64,000 bases of DNA from Felis catus (GCF_018350175.1 NC_058368.1:101496001-101560000); one strand, 5' to 3'; shown: positions 50,792 through 64,000, numbered from the stretch's first letter. Translations and numbers: made by a program. The notes: generated by a model not told the origin, from the sequence alone.

Positions 50792-51248
50792 TAGTGGTAG
50801 GCTGAAAAATGGTCCCAGAGAAGAGATCCATATCATAATCTTTGGAACCTGTAAGTTCACCTGTGCAGGAATGATGAAGTTAAGGATCTTGTGATGGGTA
50901 GATTATTCTGGATTATCTCCATGGCCCTGAACACAGTCATAAATGTCCTTGTGAACAAGAGGCAGAGGGACATTTTACATACATAGAAGAGGAAAAGGCT
51001 AAGTGGCTACAGAGGCAGAGATTAGAGTGATAGAGCCAGAAGCAGGGAACGCTGGCAGGCACGAAAACCTGGAACAGCCTTCTGGGATTCTCCCTTGAAC
51101 CTCCAGCGGGGATGCGCCCCTGCTAACACCTGGATTCAACCTGGCGAGACTGATTTCGGATTTCTGGCCTCCAGATCTGTGACCAAATAAATTGCTCTTT
51201 TAAGCCACAAGCATGCAATAATTATGTTGGCTGTAGGAAATTAATACA
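50792..51248 (+). mobile_element. MaLR solo LTR (MLT1C/D-like)
   Basis: gtggtaggctgaaaaatgg start; gattattctggattatc; gaggcagagattagagtgat; tttctggcctccaga.ctgtga; ends taatacA. Confidence 0.88.
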
Positions 51249-51784
51249 GGTGTATTTTTATAGAAAGTCTAAAAGTAGTGAGAATGGATTATTTTTTGCT
51301 GTTGGAAAAAAGTAATGAGAAATTTTCCTATAGTATGTTGCATTTCCTTTATGGAGAAGCTTCTCACAGCTATACTTTCTCTGTTCACATCTATTCTGCT
51401 AACTATAATGATTCTTGTATGTGTGGTTTCTTACCAGGTAGGGATATTTTGTTGCCCTGGATTTAGTAGAATGTGGTTTTTTTTCCCCATGTGTCTTTCT
51501 GTATGCACGTGTTTACATTTTAGTTGATAGAGTTGAGCACTTCTTAACACATTATTCATGTTGCACATTCTTTTTTTCTAAGAGCATACTTTTCAAATGA
51601 GTAGTCATTATGGGGACGATGGAGTTGACATTTTGTATTAATGTTTTTATCACTATTGGCTTCTTGTAATGCATTTTTAAGTCTGATACAAATAGTCCTC
51701 CAGGAGTTATCAAAATTTTCACTGATGACTGAGGGATTTAAAGAATAGGAAGATAAAACTAATTCTAAGTGAAGCTGTACATAT

Positions 51785-52290
51785 TAGTTAAGACTAGCAA
51801 GTGTGATAGAAAGCCCTAAGAAGTGAAGTGGGGGGGAAAAAAAAGGCTTTATTGGCTCATATCTTGGAAATTCAGGGAAGGGACCAATACATTAAGACAT
51901 TATTGTGTCCAGGATTTCAAATACTTTGATCAGGGACATTCGTGAGTTTGTGCCTTTTTGTGTGTGTGGAAGCTTCATTTTCTGCTTGGCCCTTTCTATG
52001 AGATAGCAGAAGTGATTACCATTAGCCTAACTTAGCAATTATAATAGCATTCCTTTCCTAAGAATTCTAGCAGAAGATTTAGGACTGAATCTGTCTTATT
52101 TTGTGTCCTGTGCCTTTCCTCATTCTAATCACTATGAATTTGATTTCCCAGACTTAGATCTTACGCTCATTTCAGGAGCTACCTGAAACTCAGGGACTGA
52201 GAATGGGGTGAGGTGGTTGCCGAATGCAAAGCTGAGGTGTTAATCAGAAGGAAGATTGGATGCTGGGCCAATAAAGACAACAGATCTATC
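51785..52290. mobile_element. Old MaLR LTR (MLT1I/J-like)
   Basis: gcaagtg..agaaa.ccc..tttattggctcat and terminal tggatgctgggc motifs. Confidence 0.5.
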
Positions 52291-52947
52291 GTTATTTAAG
52301 TAGTAAAACTATCATTTGGAAAAATAGGATTGAACACTTTAATTAGGTTAGAATGAATAAGTCACTTGAGAGTGCAGGGAGTCATTGAATTGAATACCAA
52401 AGGTACCCTTTTATTATTATATTCTTTGCCCTTTTTACCTTTAGAAATTATGTCAGAGTAGTAATAAAAATGAAACCTATGTCTCTACCACTTGAATGCC
52501 AAAGGACTGCAGTGTTCCACAGTGAGCAGGGGCTACCATGTTCCGGACAGTCTGTATATATCAGGGTGTCCCCTGTGCTCCATGGCGTAGCATTTACATA
52601 GGTTGAAATCTGAGTGGTATTGCATGAAGCTGACAAATAGGAATATTCTTGAGCGATTTATGTGAATCATGTGAGTTTTGGTTCCTAGGTAGTATTTTAT
52701 CAGCCACGAATTTTAAAAACATCTTTGAGTACACATGTGAGCTCTGTAGAAAAAACAAAAGTTTAATTGTTTGGGGAGAGAACCATGATTTTAAAATAGT
52801 TTGATTTTGGAGTTGATACTTGATTATCTTTTTAGACTCTTCTTAATCAAAAATGAGCCATTCAAAGTAATTTAACTCCCTCATGGTATTTTATTTGAGT
52901 AGTAGCTTGCTTGTTAGTGTTCTCTTTAAAAATAGGTTATTAACTCA

Positions 52948-53829
52948 ATATCCAGACTGTTTAAAGAACTCCTAAAACTTGACCACAAGAATACAAACAA
53001 TCCAGTTCAAAAGTGGGCAAAGGGCTTGAGTAGACATTTCTCCAAAGATACACAGATGGCCAATAAACAGCTGAAAAGATGCTCAGTGTCACTAATCATT
53101 GGGGAAACGTAAATCAAAAGTACAAAGATAGACCACTCCACACCCATAGAATGGCTCTTATCAAACAAATGAGAAACAAACAAAGACCGGTAAACAAGTG
53201 TTGGTGTGAATGTGGAAACATGAAATCTTCATGCGTTGCCGGTGGGAATGTAAAATGGTACAGCTGCAGACGATATGGAAAATAGTATGACTGGTCCTCA
53301 AAAAAAATTAAGGATGGAATTCCCATCTGATGCAGTAATTCTCCTTCTTGTTATATATGCTAAAGATTGCATGCTAACAGAGATTTGTACCCCTACGTTC
53401 ATAGCATTATTCGCGATAGCCAAAGGGCGGAAACAGCCTAAGTGTCCATCACTGGATGAATGAAATGTGGTGTGTTTGGACACATGCTACGAGATAGATG
53501 AGCCTTGAGGACATTAGGCTAAACAAAGTAAGCTCGTCACAAAAGGACAGATACCGTATGACTTCGCGTATTTGAAGTACCTAGAGAGTCAGGTTCATAG
53601 AGACAGACAGCAGAATGGTGGTTGCCAGGGACTGAGGGATGGGGGAATGGGAAAATATTATTTAATGGGTATGGAGTTTCAGTATGAGGTGATGAGAAAG
53701 TTCTGGAGATGGACAGTGATGGTGGTTCCACAGTACTTGTGAATATTTACCTCACGGCCCTGAACCGTATACTTAAAAAATGGCTAAAAAGAACAAATTT
53801 TATATTATGTATGCCTTACCACAGTAAAA
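52948..53829 (+). mobile_element. L1MB-like 3' fragment (ORF2 end plus 3'UTR)
   Basis: aaaagtgggcaaagg.cttga.tagacatttctccaaaga; ggtgggaatgtaaaatggtacagc; aagtgtccatc; gttctggagatgga. Confidence 0.92.
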
Positions 53830-54184
53830 GCAGAAGTCAAAAGGTGGATTTACTCAGAATCACTTAGTGAGATGTGAAAACATCCATAACGTATCTAGTT
53901 CTGCCTGTCTGGATTTTGAGCCTCCGGTAAGTCTTTCTCTTTCTCTAGTTTCCCTCAAAACATCCCTCTTTTCTCTATTATTTGTTCACTGAATCTGTTC
54001 TGTACATACAGTGGGACTGTACCACTTGACTTCAGTGTGTACGGCTGACAGGTTACTACTCAGCTTTCCATGGGATTAGAATATTGTTTTATACCATTAT
54101 CACTTTCTGCGGTAGCGAAAATGTAATGTATCGAATAGCCTTATTTTTGTCACAGACGCTCAGCATTTATTGGGTAAAATGAGG

Positions 54185-54420
54185 GTTGAGATTTAGCAGT
54201 CATCAGCACGTAGGCGGTTTCTAAAGCCAAGGGAATGGATGAGGTCTCCCGCTTGGGTAGAGTGTCACGTGGGAAGAGGAACGGGGAGGAAACCATGCTG
54301 ACCCCTGCATTGGGCACGAATGAATTTGACAGTCGATAACAAAAATCATGACGACAGTAGTTTAAACAAGTCAGGGGATGTTCTGTGAGGGAAAATAAAC
54401 AAAGAGTTGGAGGTAGACGA
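54185..54420 (-). mobile_element. L2 fragment
   Basis: agtcatcagcacgtaggcggt..taaagcca.gggaatggatgaggtc. Confidence 0.65.
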
Positions 54421-54719
54421 TTCTGAGGTTGATACAGCTTCCCAAAAGTGAGGAATCTACTCTCGTTAGCTTCCTGCTCCTGTGTTTCGTATGTGGCTTT
54501 CATCCTTACGGTCCTGGAAGTTTTTGTAACAGGAGGGAGGGAGAAAAGGATGAAATTGCTTTCTAAATAAGGATAACTTCTAATTCTTTATCTCCTGCTT
54601 CCATTCTTAAAATCTACTCACACCTGTATATCCATAGTGGAATCAGATATTTTTTATACGTAGATTTTCAATCCCTCCCTTCTTTTCTCCTTTTCCAGTG
54701 ATTTTTCTCTCTTTCCAGA

Positions 54720-55260
54720 GAACTGTTTGCTCTTCTGGATTATCTAGTTCCGTTAGTGGCACACCCATTCCAATTGAGAATGTTAGTTGTCTTTGATTTA
54801 AGCCTTTTGAAACGATCACAGAATTCTGTCGTATCATTTAGTGTAAAGTCCGAACTTTTTTCTCTTTTCTACTAATCCACTTTTTGGTTGCACTGAACGT
54901 ACTCTTCCTTGAATAGATCTTATTATTTTCATCTGCCTGTATTCTCCTTTGTGGAATGTCTTTCTTTCTCAATGAATTCCTTCTTTCTTCAGGCCCTCGC
55001 TAAATGTCACCTCTTTTGCAATGCATTTTCTGACCTCGGTTTCTCTCCAGAAATGCTTATTTTTTGACCTGAAATTATTTTGAACGTATCTTTAGTTTTG
55101 TATCGTATTATGTGATGTGATTATTTGCTTGTGTCTGTCTCTTCCACTGACCTATGAACTCTTTGAGGGCAGTGAAATGCTGTATTTGCTTTTTTATCCT
55201 TGAAACTGAGCAAAATGCTTGACAATTGTAGGGCCTTGGTAAATGGTTGAAATGATAAAT
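54720..55260 (+). mobile_element. L2 3' fragment
   Basis: aaatgtcacctct..; tgtctcttccactgac.tatgaactctttgagggcag; ggtaaatggttgaaatga. Confidence 0.7.
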
Positions 55261-55362
55261 TCTTAAATGAGAAAGACTGTTTTTTCTCATAAGATGTGAA
55301 GTTATGATATGTGATGTCCAAAATTTCCTGTAGCTTTTTTAAACTTGTATGATTGATGTTGA

Positions 55363-55560
55363 GGGGCGCCTGGGTGGCGCAGTCGGTTAAGCGTCCGACT
55401 TCAGCCAGGTCACGATCTCACGGTCCGGGAGTTCGAGCCCCGCGTCGGGCTCTGGGCTGATGGCTCAGAGCCTGGAGCCTGTTTCCGATTCTGTGTCTCC
55501 CTCTCTCTCTGCCCCTCCCCCGTTCATGCTCTGTCTCTCTCTGTCCGAAAAATAAATAAA
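55363..55560 (+). mobile_element. Young SINEC_Fc-type SINE
   Basis: CpG-intact body; 22-bp TSD aaacttgtatgattgatgttga at 55341 and 55558. Confidence 0.96.
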
Positions 55561-57479
55561 CTTGTATGATTGATGTTGAAAGTTTGATATTCCAATATTA
55601 TAAAAGATTGTTATGTTATTAAATTTTGAGTTTCATTTCTGATATAGAAACATAGCCATACAGTTTCAAAAAAATTTTTTTAAGTTTATTTCATTTGAAT
55701 TTTTCTCTAATTAGGAATTTTAAGTCCTCATTTTAGGGATCTAGAAACAGAAGGAAAAAAAATCAATGATAAGTATTCTTTAAATGAATGGAAATGGTAA
55801 ACCAAGGAGATAAGCAGATCGTTATCTAATTAACTGAACTGTACCATTCAGCCATCTAAAAATAATCACTTTCCAGAGAAGCATAGGTTTTTAATCATTT
55901 GAATAATTTATTTTTTTATTTATTTGAGAAAAAGTTCAGTTGAATTGTTGATACTTTATGAGAATGCCTGGAGTATATTTTGAAATTGATGGAGAGATTT
56001 CCTTTGATGAACCGTGATTCTGAGTGTTGCTTCTTTATGTTATTTCCTTCCGTCAGTTGGTTTTAATGAGCTATGTTGGGGGAAACGTTGCAATTATTTG
56101 TTCCTCAGAATTTCTCTATTAACTGATACCTTTATAATGGTAAAATAACCTTATTTTGTCATAAACTGTTACTTCCCAAAAGAAGTAGAATAATCTTTTT
56201 TTCTGTTATAAATTACTGTTGTTGGCAACTCTGTAAGTATAGAGATGATATTAAATATACTATTTGAGACTATGCTTATGTTAAATCATCGTTTCTAAGT
56301 TAGTGTCTTGACTTTTGATGTGCCCTGAAGTGTGTAGTTCTAAACAGTAATTTGATAATGGCATCGGTGGCTGTTTCAAAATTATACCTCTTCATAATAC
56401 CGCCTTCTGAGAGCTGTTACTTTAAAAGGCTTGTTTTCCTGCCTTATACTGACCCCTGTGCCTTCTCTGTTTGTGCCTTGTTAAGTCAGGATTTAGATGT
56501 GCCCTCTGTGTTTTGCTCTGGTGTATAGATGCCTCCATTTGCACATCCTTTTCCAAACTATTTATAGGGTCTGTCTGCTAGCTAAAAGACTGTTGGTGAT
56601 TCCATAATGTATGGACATTTGATCATAGTACTTTTAAGAAAGGTTGTATTAGGGTCAAACCTTGAAACCTGGCTATATACATTGGTTAATATCTAAAATT
56701 CCTTTAATTCTTTAAAAGCCTGATTCTTAGAGTTTGTCTGTTTTCAAGAAATTTAAGAAATTTTCTTCTTTCTGTGTAATCTCGTGTCTGAGAAAACAAA
56801 GAGAACATTGTAAAACACCATGGCAGTTAAGTGAATAAACTGATGAGAACATCGCCTGTTGTATTTTGGTATTAATGAAACTCATGAAGAACACTCTAGC
56901 GGTGGGTCAGTGGTTAGAGTAGACGTCATCTCAGCTCATGTAGGGGACAGTCGACGTAGCAGCTTCTGAGAGTTCCCTTCTCTGTCTCTGCTTGCTTGAT
57001 TTCAGAAGACATCTTAAGTGCACGTAATACTTCTGTTCCCTGTAGAGGCTTCTCTGTATGGGAATTTCTGTAAGTTACTCATTGCTGAACTTTTACCGAT
57101 TTGTACATGACTGCATATGTACATTGCTACTTTGCATAGAAGCGTACACAGTTTTTGTGTTAAAGTCATTATAGTTGATGGAGAAGGTCTGTTTGTAAAG
57201 AATGCTATGCATTATCAGTGTAAGAAAGAAGGGTTAACTGATAGTGGTTTCAGTTTGGTTTATCTGGTGCAGGTATTAGGGTGGTTGTATGGTGTGTGGT
57301 AATTAGAGCATTTTTAGTGATAAATTAAGCACATAAGAATTTTAAATAAATCCGTACCTTGGAATAGGGTAGGACTAAATGGTGATGGGTTTAATTTTCT
57401 ACGATACAGCCTCATTTTTAAATTTCTCTACGTAAGAGTAAAAGATTGAAAATGCAAAGCCATTAAAAACAATAGGATG

Positions 57480-57697
57480 ATTTTTTTGTTTCCTTGTTTT
57501 AAATGTTTGCTTATGTTTGAGAGAGAGACAGAGTGTGAGAGGGGGAGGGGCAGAGAGAGGGAGACACAGAATTCGAAGCAGGCTCCAGGCTCTGAGCTGT
57601 CAGCACAGAGCCTGCACGGGGCTCAAACCCACGAACCTTGAGATTGTGACCTGAGCCAACATCGGATGTTTAACCGACTGAGCCACCCAGGTGCCCC
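57480..57697 (-). mobile_element. SINEC_Fc-type SINE
   Basis: Full body ending gagccacccaggtgcccc. Confidence 0.93.
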
Positions 57698-58179
57698 TTC
57701 ATTTTTATTTTTGATTTAAATATAAAGTAGCACATGGTGAGAAAAAAGTTTGTAAACTGGAAGGTTGGAGGTGAAAATGATACAGAAATCTTATTTTTTC
57801 CTTAATTATTTAGGCCCAGAGGATAAGTGAATAATGAATAATAAAATATAACATAATGAATGTGATTTTATTCATTATTCATATAACATTCAATATTCAA
57901 TATAATGAAAAATACTTGTTTGTAGGTGTTATTTATTTTTTTTAATGTTCTTTAACATTTTGAATAATGTCAGAATTTGTAAATAGAATTGTCACAGAAA
58001 GGACTGTTTTTTTTTTCCTCTTTATAGTGCGGTGGCTTTATTTTATTTGGGGTTTATTACTAGAATTTTATTACTAAATGTGGGTGCTGGGTGCTGTGGT
58101 ATTTAATGGAACCACTCTTTGCCAAGTCTGGAACTCATTGTACCTGCCGTTCAGATCAGAGCTTGGTGTTCAGTTGGGT

Positions 58180-58680
58180 CAGCGATTCTCAAACTTTTGG
58201 GTCTCAGGATGCTTTTTTACAATTGAAACTTCTTGAAGATCCCAGAGAACTTTAGTTGTTGTGAGTTAGAGCTATTATTTACCACATGAGAAATTAAAAC
58301 AAATATAAAAACACTGGTATATTAATTCATTTTAAAATGGCACTAATGTTTTAAAATCCCAACTAACCATATTTTCCAAATCAAAAAACTGTGAGAAAAG
58401 TGCCCTTGTTTTACAAATTTGCACAATTCTTTAATATCTGGCTTATGAGAACACAGCTAGATTCTCCTATCATCATCGTTATTCAGTCTGTTGCCATATC
58501 GCATGTCATATAGTCTCTGCATAATTAGCCTGTTCGCTTGTGAGAGAATGAGAGTGAAAAAGGTAAATGACATCTTAGTATTATTATAAAAATAATTTTG
58601 ATGTCAGTGACCTGAAAGGGTTTTGTGGACCACCCATCCATTCCCCCACGTATCTCCAAACCATATGTCGAGAGCTACTG
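58180..58680. mobile_element. Charlie1-family hAT deletion derivative
   Basis: cagcgattctcaaacttttgggtctcagga start; gagagaatgagagtgaaaaagg.aaat.acatcttagtattattat; ends gagagctactg. Confidence 0.8.
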
Positions 58681-61384
58681 ACTTGAGATAGAAGCCTTTA
58701 TCTTAAAGGTGAAGAATGCCTTAAAGTAAAACTTCTTTGGAAAAGGAAGTTTTCTATGTGATAATTCTCTATAGTATTTCTAATCAGATTTTAGGTTTTC
58801 TTAGTCACCTCTGTGGGGTTGAAATTTCCCAGTCAAAGCCTGAATGCTTTTGTTCTGATCCTTCCTAGATGAACAATATGAAAATGGAAAATGGAAAAGA
58901 AACGTCATGATATTCCTTCTTTTAATGACAGGCTACACTGTCCCCCAACTAGAGGGAACTGAAGTACTTGACCGCGTGGCACAAAGTACTACCCAGTCTT
59001 TAAGAGTGTTTGTTAGACCTCCTAATGTTGTGACTTGAATTAATTAATATTGTTTTGTCATGGAAATAGCTGAACTATAAAATCATGAAGTGTTTAATGA
59101 AATTAATTTTGGGAAACTGGGTGAGATTGTATTTTCAAATAATATGTGAATTTTGTATTCTTGCCCATTCTTCAAATTCTCTTGGAGGAAGAAAAAAAAG
59201 TATACTTGTCTTGAAAATGAGGGCTGCCAGTAAGCATGAGTGATATTGGAAGTTATCAGAACTGACATTCATAAATTCACAGTGGATGGCCCTTTATAGG
59301 TGGCTCTTTATGGTAGTCTCAGAAGTAGTTTTAGAATTGTGTGACATATACGTTTATACTTGAAAATTCACTGGTTGTAAGACCAAGCTTGCTCTTGCCC
59401 TTTGGTTGGATTGCATTCATGCGATTCAGTCCCCAGATACTTTGATACTTTGATAAAGGGGTTACTAACTTAACCCCTGTCTTACTATTCCTGCTAAAGC
59501 CTTCTTTCTGCCCTGTGTCCTCTCCTTTTGTGCCCTCTTTTCCTTCACCTGTCTTTCTTCCAGAAACCCTCTTTCCTGTGGTCTTGCTTTCCATACTCAT
59601 ATTGGCTGTGGTGGTGGTGTTTTATTTTTGCTTAGGGTACTCCCCAGCCCCTGTTTGTTATTTGCAATGTTTCCTAACTCCTAGCAATTTAATTTGTTTG
59701 CTCAGTGTTAGAAAACTGCCCAGACTTGTCCTGGGAAATGAAATTCTAGTTTGACCTTTACAGTGCTTGCTTTATGTTGTTGATTTACAAAAAAAAAATA
59801 CAACTTTTGATTTTGTCCTTCAGTGACATGAGATTCACGTTGAAATACGTTATTAATACTTACCTGAGAAGTTTCTACACTCATTGGTTTATAGAACCTT
59901 ATGTATCTTAAGGAGTCATTTAGAGTTGATTATCTTTTATTATTCGCCATCTATGCTGACTCATATTTGAAGGTAAAATTATGTTATGTGATAAAGCTGA
60001 GGTATTTTCATTCAAATTGAAGACTCAGTGTCTGTTTAATTTACTCAGTGAAATGTAATACTGTGTATGGAATTTAGCCATCTTGGGTAAGTTAGAGATA
60101 CATTCTTTTGAGACGCTTTGAAACTATTAAAGAAAGGAAATTTTGGAGAAACCTGAAGCAATTTTTGTCCCTTTACTGATCTTTGTCATGGTGTTATTAT
60201 AGAAATACAAAGGTGTTTTATGTAAATAGCTTGATTGAATGTGCATGGTTGGTATGCAGTAATTCTCCTCCCCACGGCCGAGTTGGCTTATCTGAAGCAG
60301 AGCAGAGCAGATTTACTTATGCACGCCTTTCCCCATCTAGGAGAAATTGTGTGTGAATAATTATAAATTTCGCATCATGCTTAATAGAGATAGTTTGGTA
60401 AGAGGAGACTGGAAGGTTGGGTCAGAAGAGAAGTTGGCAGCTTGGATGGCAGAACTAGAGTAGAAATTTTTGAGATGCAGCCTTAGAAGAGTTCAAAATG
60501 AGGCAGAGTAAATCTGAGCCTTCGAAACTGTTCTTTTTGTTAGTGAGGTGTGGTGGGAAGGCAGGGGAAGCCAAACTTAGATTATAGGGCCACAGAGTCC
60601 CAACGGGTATCCCTTGCTTTGTTTCTAGGAGCTCCAGAATGAAGCTAATGGTTGATAAGAGTAGGGGTAAACCTATGTAACTTTCAGCGTTGGGGAGACT
60701 GTTTTGAGAACTACTTCTCCCTCAGTGACAGTTCGAGGATTAAATAAATGTAGCCTAAATCTTTTAACAATTCAAGTTTTTCTTCACGGTCCCAGAAGAA
60801 TCCAAATCATGAACATTTTATTCCTGGTTGCAAAAAATAGCATGTGTTCTTCTTAACAGTTTGGAAAAGTTCAAAAAAATATAAAAATGGAAGGAGAAAT
60901 CAACTGTGCTTCCAGTAATCACGGTTAGCTTTGTGGTTTTTCCTTCTAGTATTTTTGCATATGTGTGTTTAATGAGTCATTAAAGACATTTTATTTTAAA
61001 AGTAATGTATGGCTGTTGTAAACAACAAAATTAATTGATCACTTTAGAATCATAACAGTAGCAGAAGTTTGCCCTTCACAGTTTTCTCTAAAGGTAGTTA
61101 AAGGTTGTGTTATGTTCCACAGTATGGGTATGACATAATTGGTTTAATTCGTCGGGGGGTTGATGAATGTGTAGGTGGTTCCCAGTTGCTTTTTTTTTTT
61201 TTTTTTTACACTGTTAACAACCATGCAGCTTGAACATAGTTGTATGCATACATTTGCTTATTTTGAAAACGTTAGGGCACTTTTCCTCCAAAAACATCCC
61301 AATTCATGTTCTCCCCAATCAAGTTTTTAACTCACAACTTTGCAAATCTCGGTTAATTAGCTTTTAAATTATAAATACTCTTCT

Positions 61385-61716
61385 GATACTATACTAAAAC
61401 TTGACCAGTGATAGTTTCTTAAAGTTGCAGTGTAGAGTTAGTAGACATCAAAACAAAACAAAACAACTTTTCCTACTGTTTCTTACACTAAAATCCCTTG
61501 TACTTTAACAAGATCATTTACCTGTGCATGATTTTGTAAATACATGCATTGGTGACTGGGAACATACTGGTTTACTGAAACAGATTTTCAAATATTGCCA
61601 TATTTATTACCTAACAATTAGGTCATAATAATTACTGTCACTACAGTTTCATCAGAAAAAAGGTACTGTGTTTTTCTCTTTTTATTTTTTTAATTAATAT
61701 AAAATTTTTATCTATC

Positions 61717-61758
<42 letters not shown>

Positions 61759-62005
61759 GAAGGAAAGAGACAGTCTCAAGCAGGCTCCACAGCATTGTGA
61801 GTGCATGAACCTTGAGATCGTGACTTGAGCAGAAATCAAGAGTCAATGCTTAACTGACTGAGTCACCCGGGCACCCCATGTGTTTTTCTCTTTTTAGTAT
61901 TGGGAAGCTTTCAAAGGTCATCCTGGCAGAAATGAATTTAGCCAAAATACGGTTTTTACGTGAAAGCTTGAATTTTATTATTGGTAACAAATAGGAATGT
62001 GTAAT
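61385..62005. mobile_element. Charlie1-like internal fragment split by an antisense SINE (61682-61877, with (TCTA)n)
   Basis: aaaacttgac.agtg.tagtttcttaaag; tgcatgattttgtaa..atgcattggt; tattgggaagct..tgaaagcttgaattttat. Confidence 0.7.
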
Positions 62006-62024
62006 TATTTCACTTTTTCTTTCT

Positions 62025-62247
62025 TAAAAAAAATTTTTTTTTTAATGTTTATTTTTGAGAGAGAGAGTCAGAGCACGAGCACAAGCAGGGGAGACATGGG
62101 AGAGAGAGGGAGACGTGGAATCCAAAGCAGTCTCCAGGCTCTGAGCTGTCAGCACAGAGCCTGATGCGGGGCTCAAACCCATGGACTGTGAGATCATGAC
62201 CTGAGCTGAAGTCCCATGCTCAACTGACTGAGCCACCCAGAAGCCCC
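62025..62247 (-). mobile_element. SINEC_Fc-type SINE
   Basis: Full body; TSD tatttcacttttt. Confidence 0.93.
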
Positions 62248-62301
62248 TATTTCACTTTTTCTTAAAATAGGAGAGACTCTGTTTCCTAGAATGTCTGTCT
62301 G

Positions 62302-62302
<1 letters not shown>

Positions 62303-62361
<59 letters not shown>

Positions 62362-62362
62362 T
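62303..62362. repeat. (CTTT)n tetranucleotide microsatellite
   Basis: About 15 units. Confidence 0.95.
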
Positions 62363-62379
62363 CCTCTTTTTTTTTTAAT

Positions 62380-62690
62380 TTCATTGCACTGTTAAATGCA
62401 AGAGGTAAAAGTGAACATCTTTGTCTTACTCTTCAGTCACAAATGGAAAGCATTCAATCTTTCACCATTGAATATGATGGTAGCTGAGAGTTTCTCTTAG
62501 ATGTCCTTTACCAGGTGGAGGAAGTTACCTTCTGTTCCAGATTCGCAGATGCTTTCTCCATCTCTATTAAGATGATGACTGGTTTTTCGTATTTATTCTG
62601 TTACTCTGATGAGTTACGTTGGTGGATTTTGGAATGTTAACCTAAACTTGCGTCCCTGGGCTAAATTATCCTTGATCGTGGTGTCTCGTC
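62380..62690 (-). mobile_element. L1 ORF2 fragment
   Basis: ggaaagcattcaatctttcaccattgaatatgatg.tagctg; gaggaagtt.ccttct; catctctattaagatgat. Confidence 0.85.
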
Positions 62691-64000
62691 CACTCTTAAT
62701 CCCTAATGTCCCCCCTAGTCCCACAAGGATGTATTGGATGTTCAGTAAGCACTTGCTGAATTAAGACAGTGAGATTTCTTACATGATTTTCTATTCTTGG
62801 AAACCTTTGAACACATTTGAATAAATCAGTCATTTAATAAACCAAAATATATTGCTACCTTGTTGAGCGATCATTTCACAACAACTTCAATTAGTAGGAG
62901 TGTAGGTGATGACTCAGAAGGAAGTCGAAAAGCTCTTTGACAGTCCTTTCATTGAAGAGCTTCAGAACATGTTTATTTTTACATTCCGTATATAGTCCTA
63001 ACAAGCTTGATGATCTGGTTCTCTTGCCTCCTACAGATCAGAAGCAACAAGCCAGAGCGTAGGAGATACTAGAGATTGCTAAATTAAGAGTATAAAGATT
63101 AACAACTGTCAGTGGCAGAGAGGGGAAAAAAGGCACTGTAGGAATAATTTTAAAAGCTTAGTAGCTGGGAACTCTTCATGTCTTAATTGTGGTTCCAGGC
63201 TCTTAACAGCATAATAAAAGCAGCGTAGAGCACAATAAAAGTAGCATTTTCGAGTTGGAATACACTTCAGTGAGCTTCTCATTGACTATTTCTGAACTTG
63301 CTTTCTGCTTTTACAACATGTGAGGGGTAGATCTGACACATGCATCCGGGACTGGCTCTGGCAAGAGTGGCTTCCGCCAAAATAGTGATTCCCAGCGGCA
63401 AAGGGAAATTTGTAAGTTGGGTGGGTGTGTGTGTGCGTCCCCCTAGTGGGACCTTCATCACCTCACCTTTGTCACATAACATAACCTGATCATGAGAGTG
63501 AAATCCGGGGTCTCACCCCCACTCACAAGGAGGGAATTAGATGGGGTGGGTGCACCTGAGGTTGAGAATCCTGGCGGGTGAGCCCAGCGTGATGCTTGCC
63601 TCAGGGTTATTAAAGAGAGCAGTCTCTTCTGTGTTAAAATAAAAATTGAATCTTTCCTATGTGACAGGCATTTCTCTAGGCCCTGGAAACATGAGGCTAA
63701 GACGCGCAGCCTCCGTGTCTGGTGCGGTGTTGGAGACCCACAGTGGAGCACTGTGTATAATGTAATGAGCTGCAGTAGAGGTGTAACCAGGCTACACAGT
63801 GAACGTCCAGGAGAAGGTGCAGTGAGGGAGAACGTTGGCTCGGGAAGAGTTAAGTGTGCGAATGGAAAAAATGAACACATTGCTGCAGTTCTTGAAGACA
63901 CAGAAAATGCTTAAAACTGCTCGTTGATTTTCCAGGAAGGGCAGTTTGGGATTCAGGATGAGGAAACAATTAAAATCCTTCTTCTTTCCCCCCAGATGGT

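Noticed and set aside
53079..53463. ORFs with L1 ORF2 C-terminal similarity as an active element
   Set aside because: Under 1 kb, 5'-truncated and broken by frameshifts and stops
57828..57881. 14-bp inverted repeat tgaataatgaataa / ttattcattattca as a pre-miRNA
   Set aside because: Stem too short and AU-rich, 26-nt loop, built from low-complexity repeats
3604..62236. Recurrent ORFs such as MAQSVKRPTSAQV.. and MGQRETEHERGRGRERG..
   Set aside because: Translations of SINEC copies and their (CT/GA)n tracts

Overview
Mammalian genomic DNA, almost certainly felid (cat-like), judged from about 35 tRNA-derived carnivore SINEs of SINEC_Fc type. The window holds the 5' half of casein kinase I gamma 3 (CSNK1G3) on the + strand: a CpG-island promoter with CCAAT and ETS sites (~5.6-7.0 kb), non-coding exon 1 (~6067-6451), a 31-kb intron 1, and coding exons 2-4 (37469-37896 with ATG at 37719; 45683-45723; 50406-50475). 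Exon 5 onward lies beyond the window. The introns are full of SINEs (many with clear target-site duplications), MaLR/ERV LTRs, L1/L2/MIR relics and DNA-transposon fossils, plus an antisense RPL10A processed pseudogene nested in an old LTR. The most interesting signals cluster on exons 2-4, the block known to circularise in human and mouse (circCSNK1G3). It is bracketed by near-identical young SINEs in opposite orientation, exon 2 has a site pairing along almost all of miR-181b, the predicted circle encodes a 108-aa junction-spanning ORF, and the linear 5'UTR carries about nine uORFs. Repeat family names and outside comparisons are from recall and need database confirmation. I see no prokaryotic-type system.
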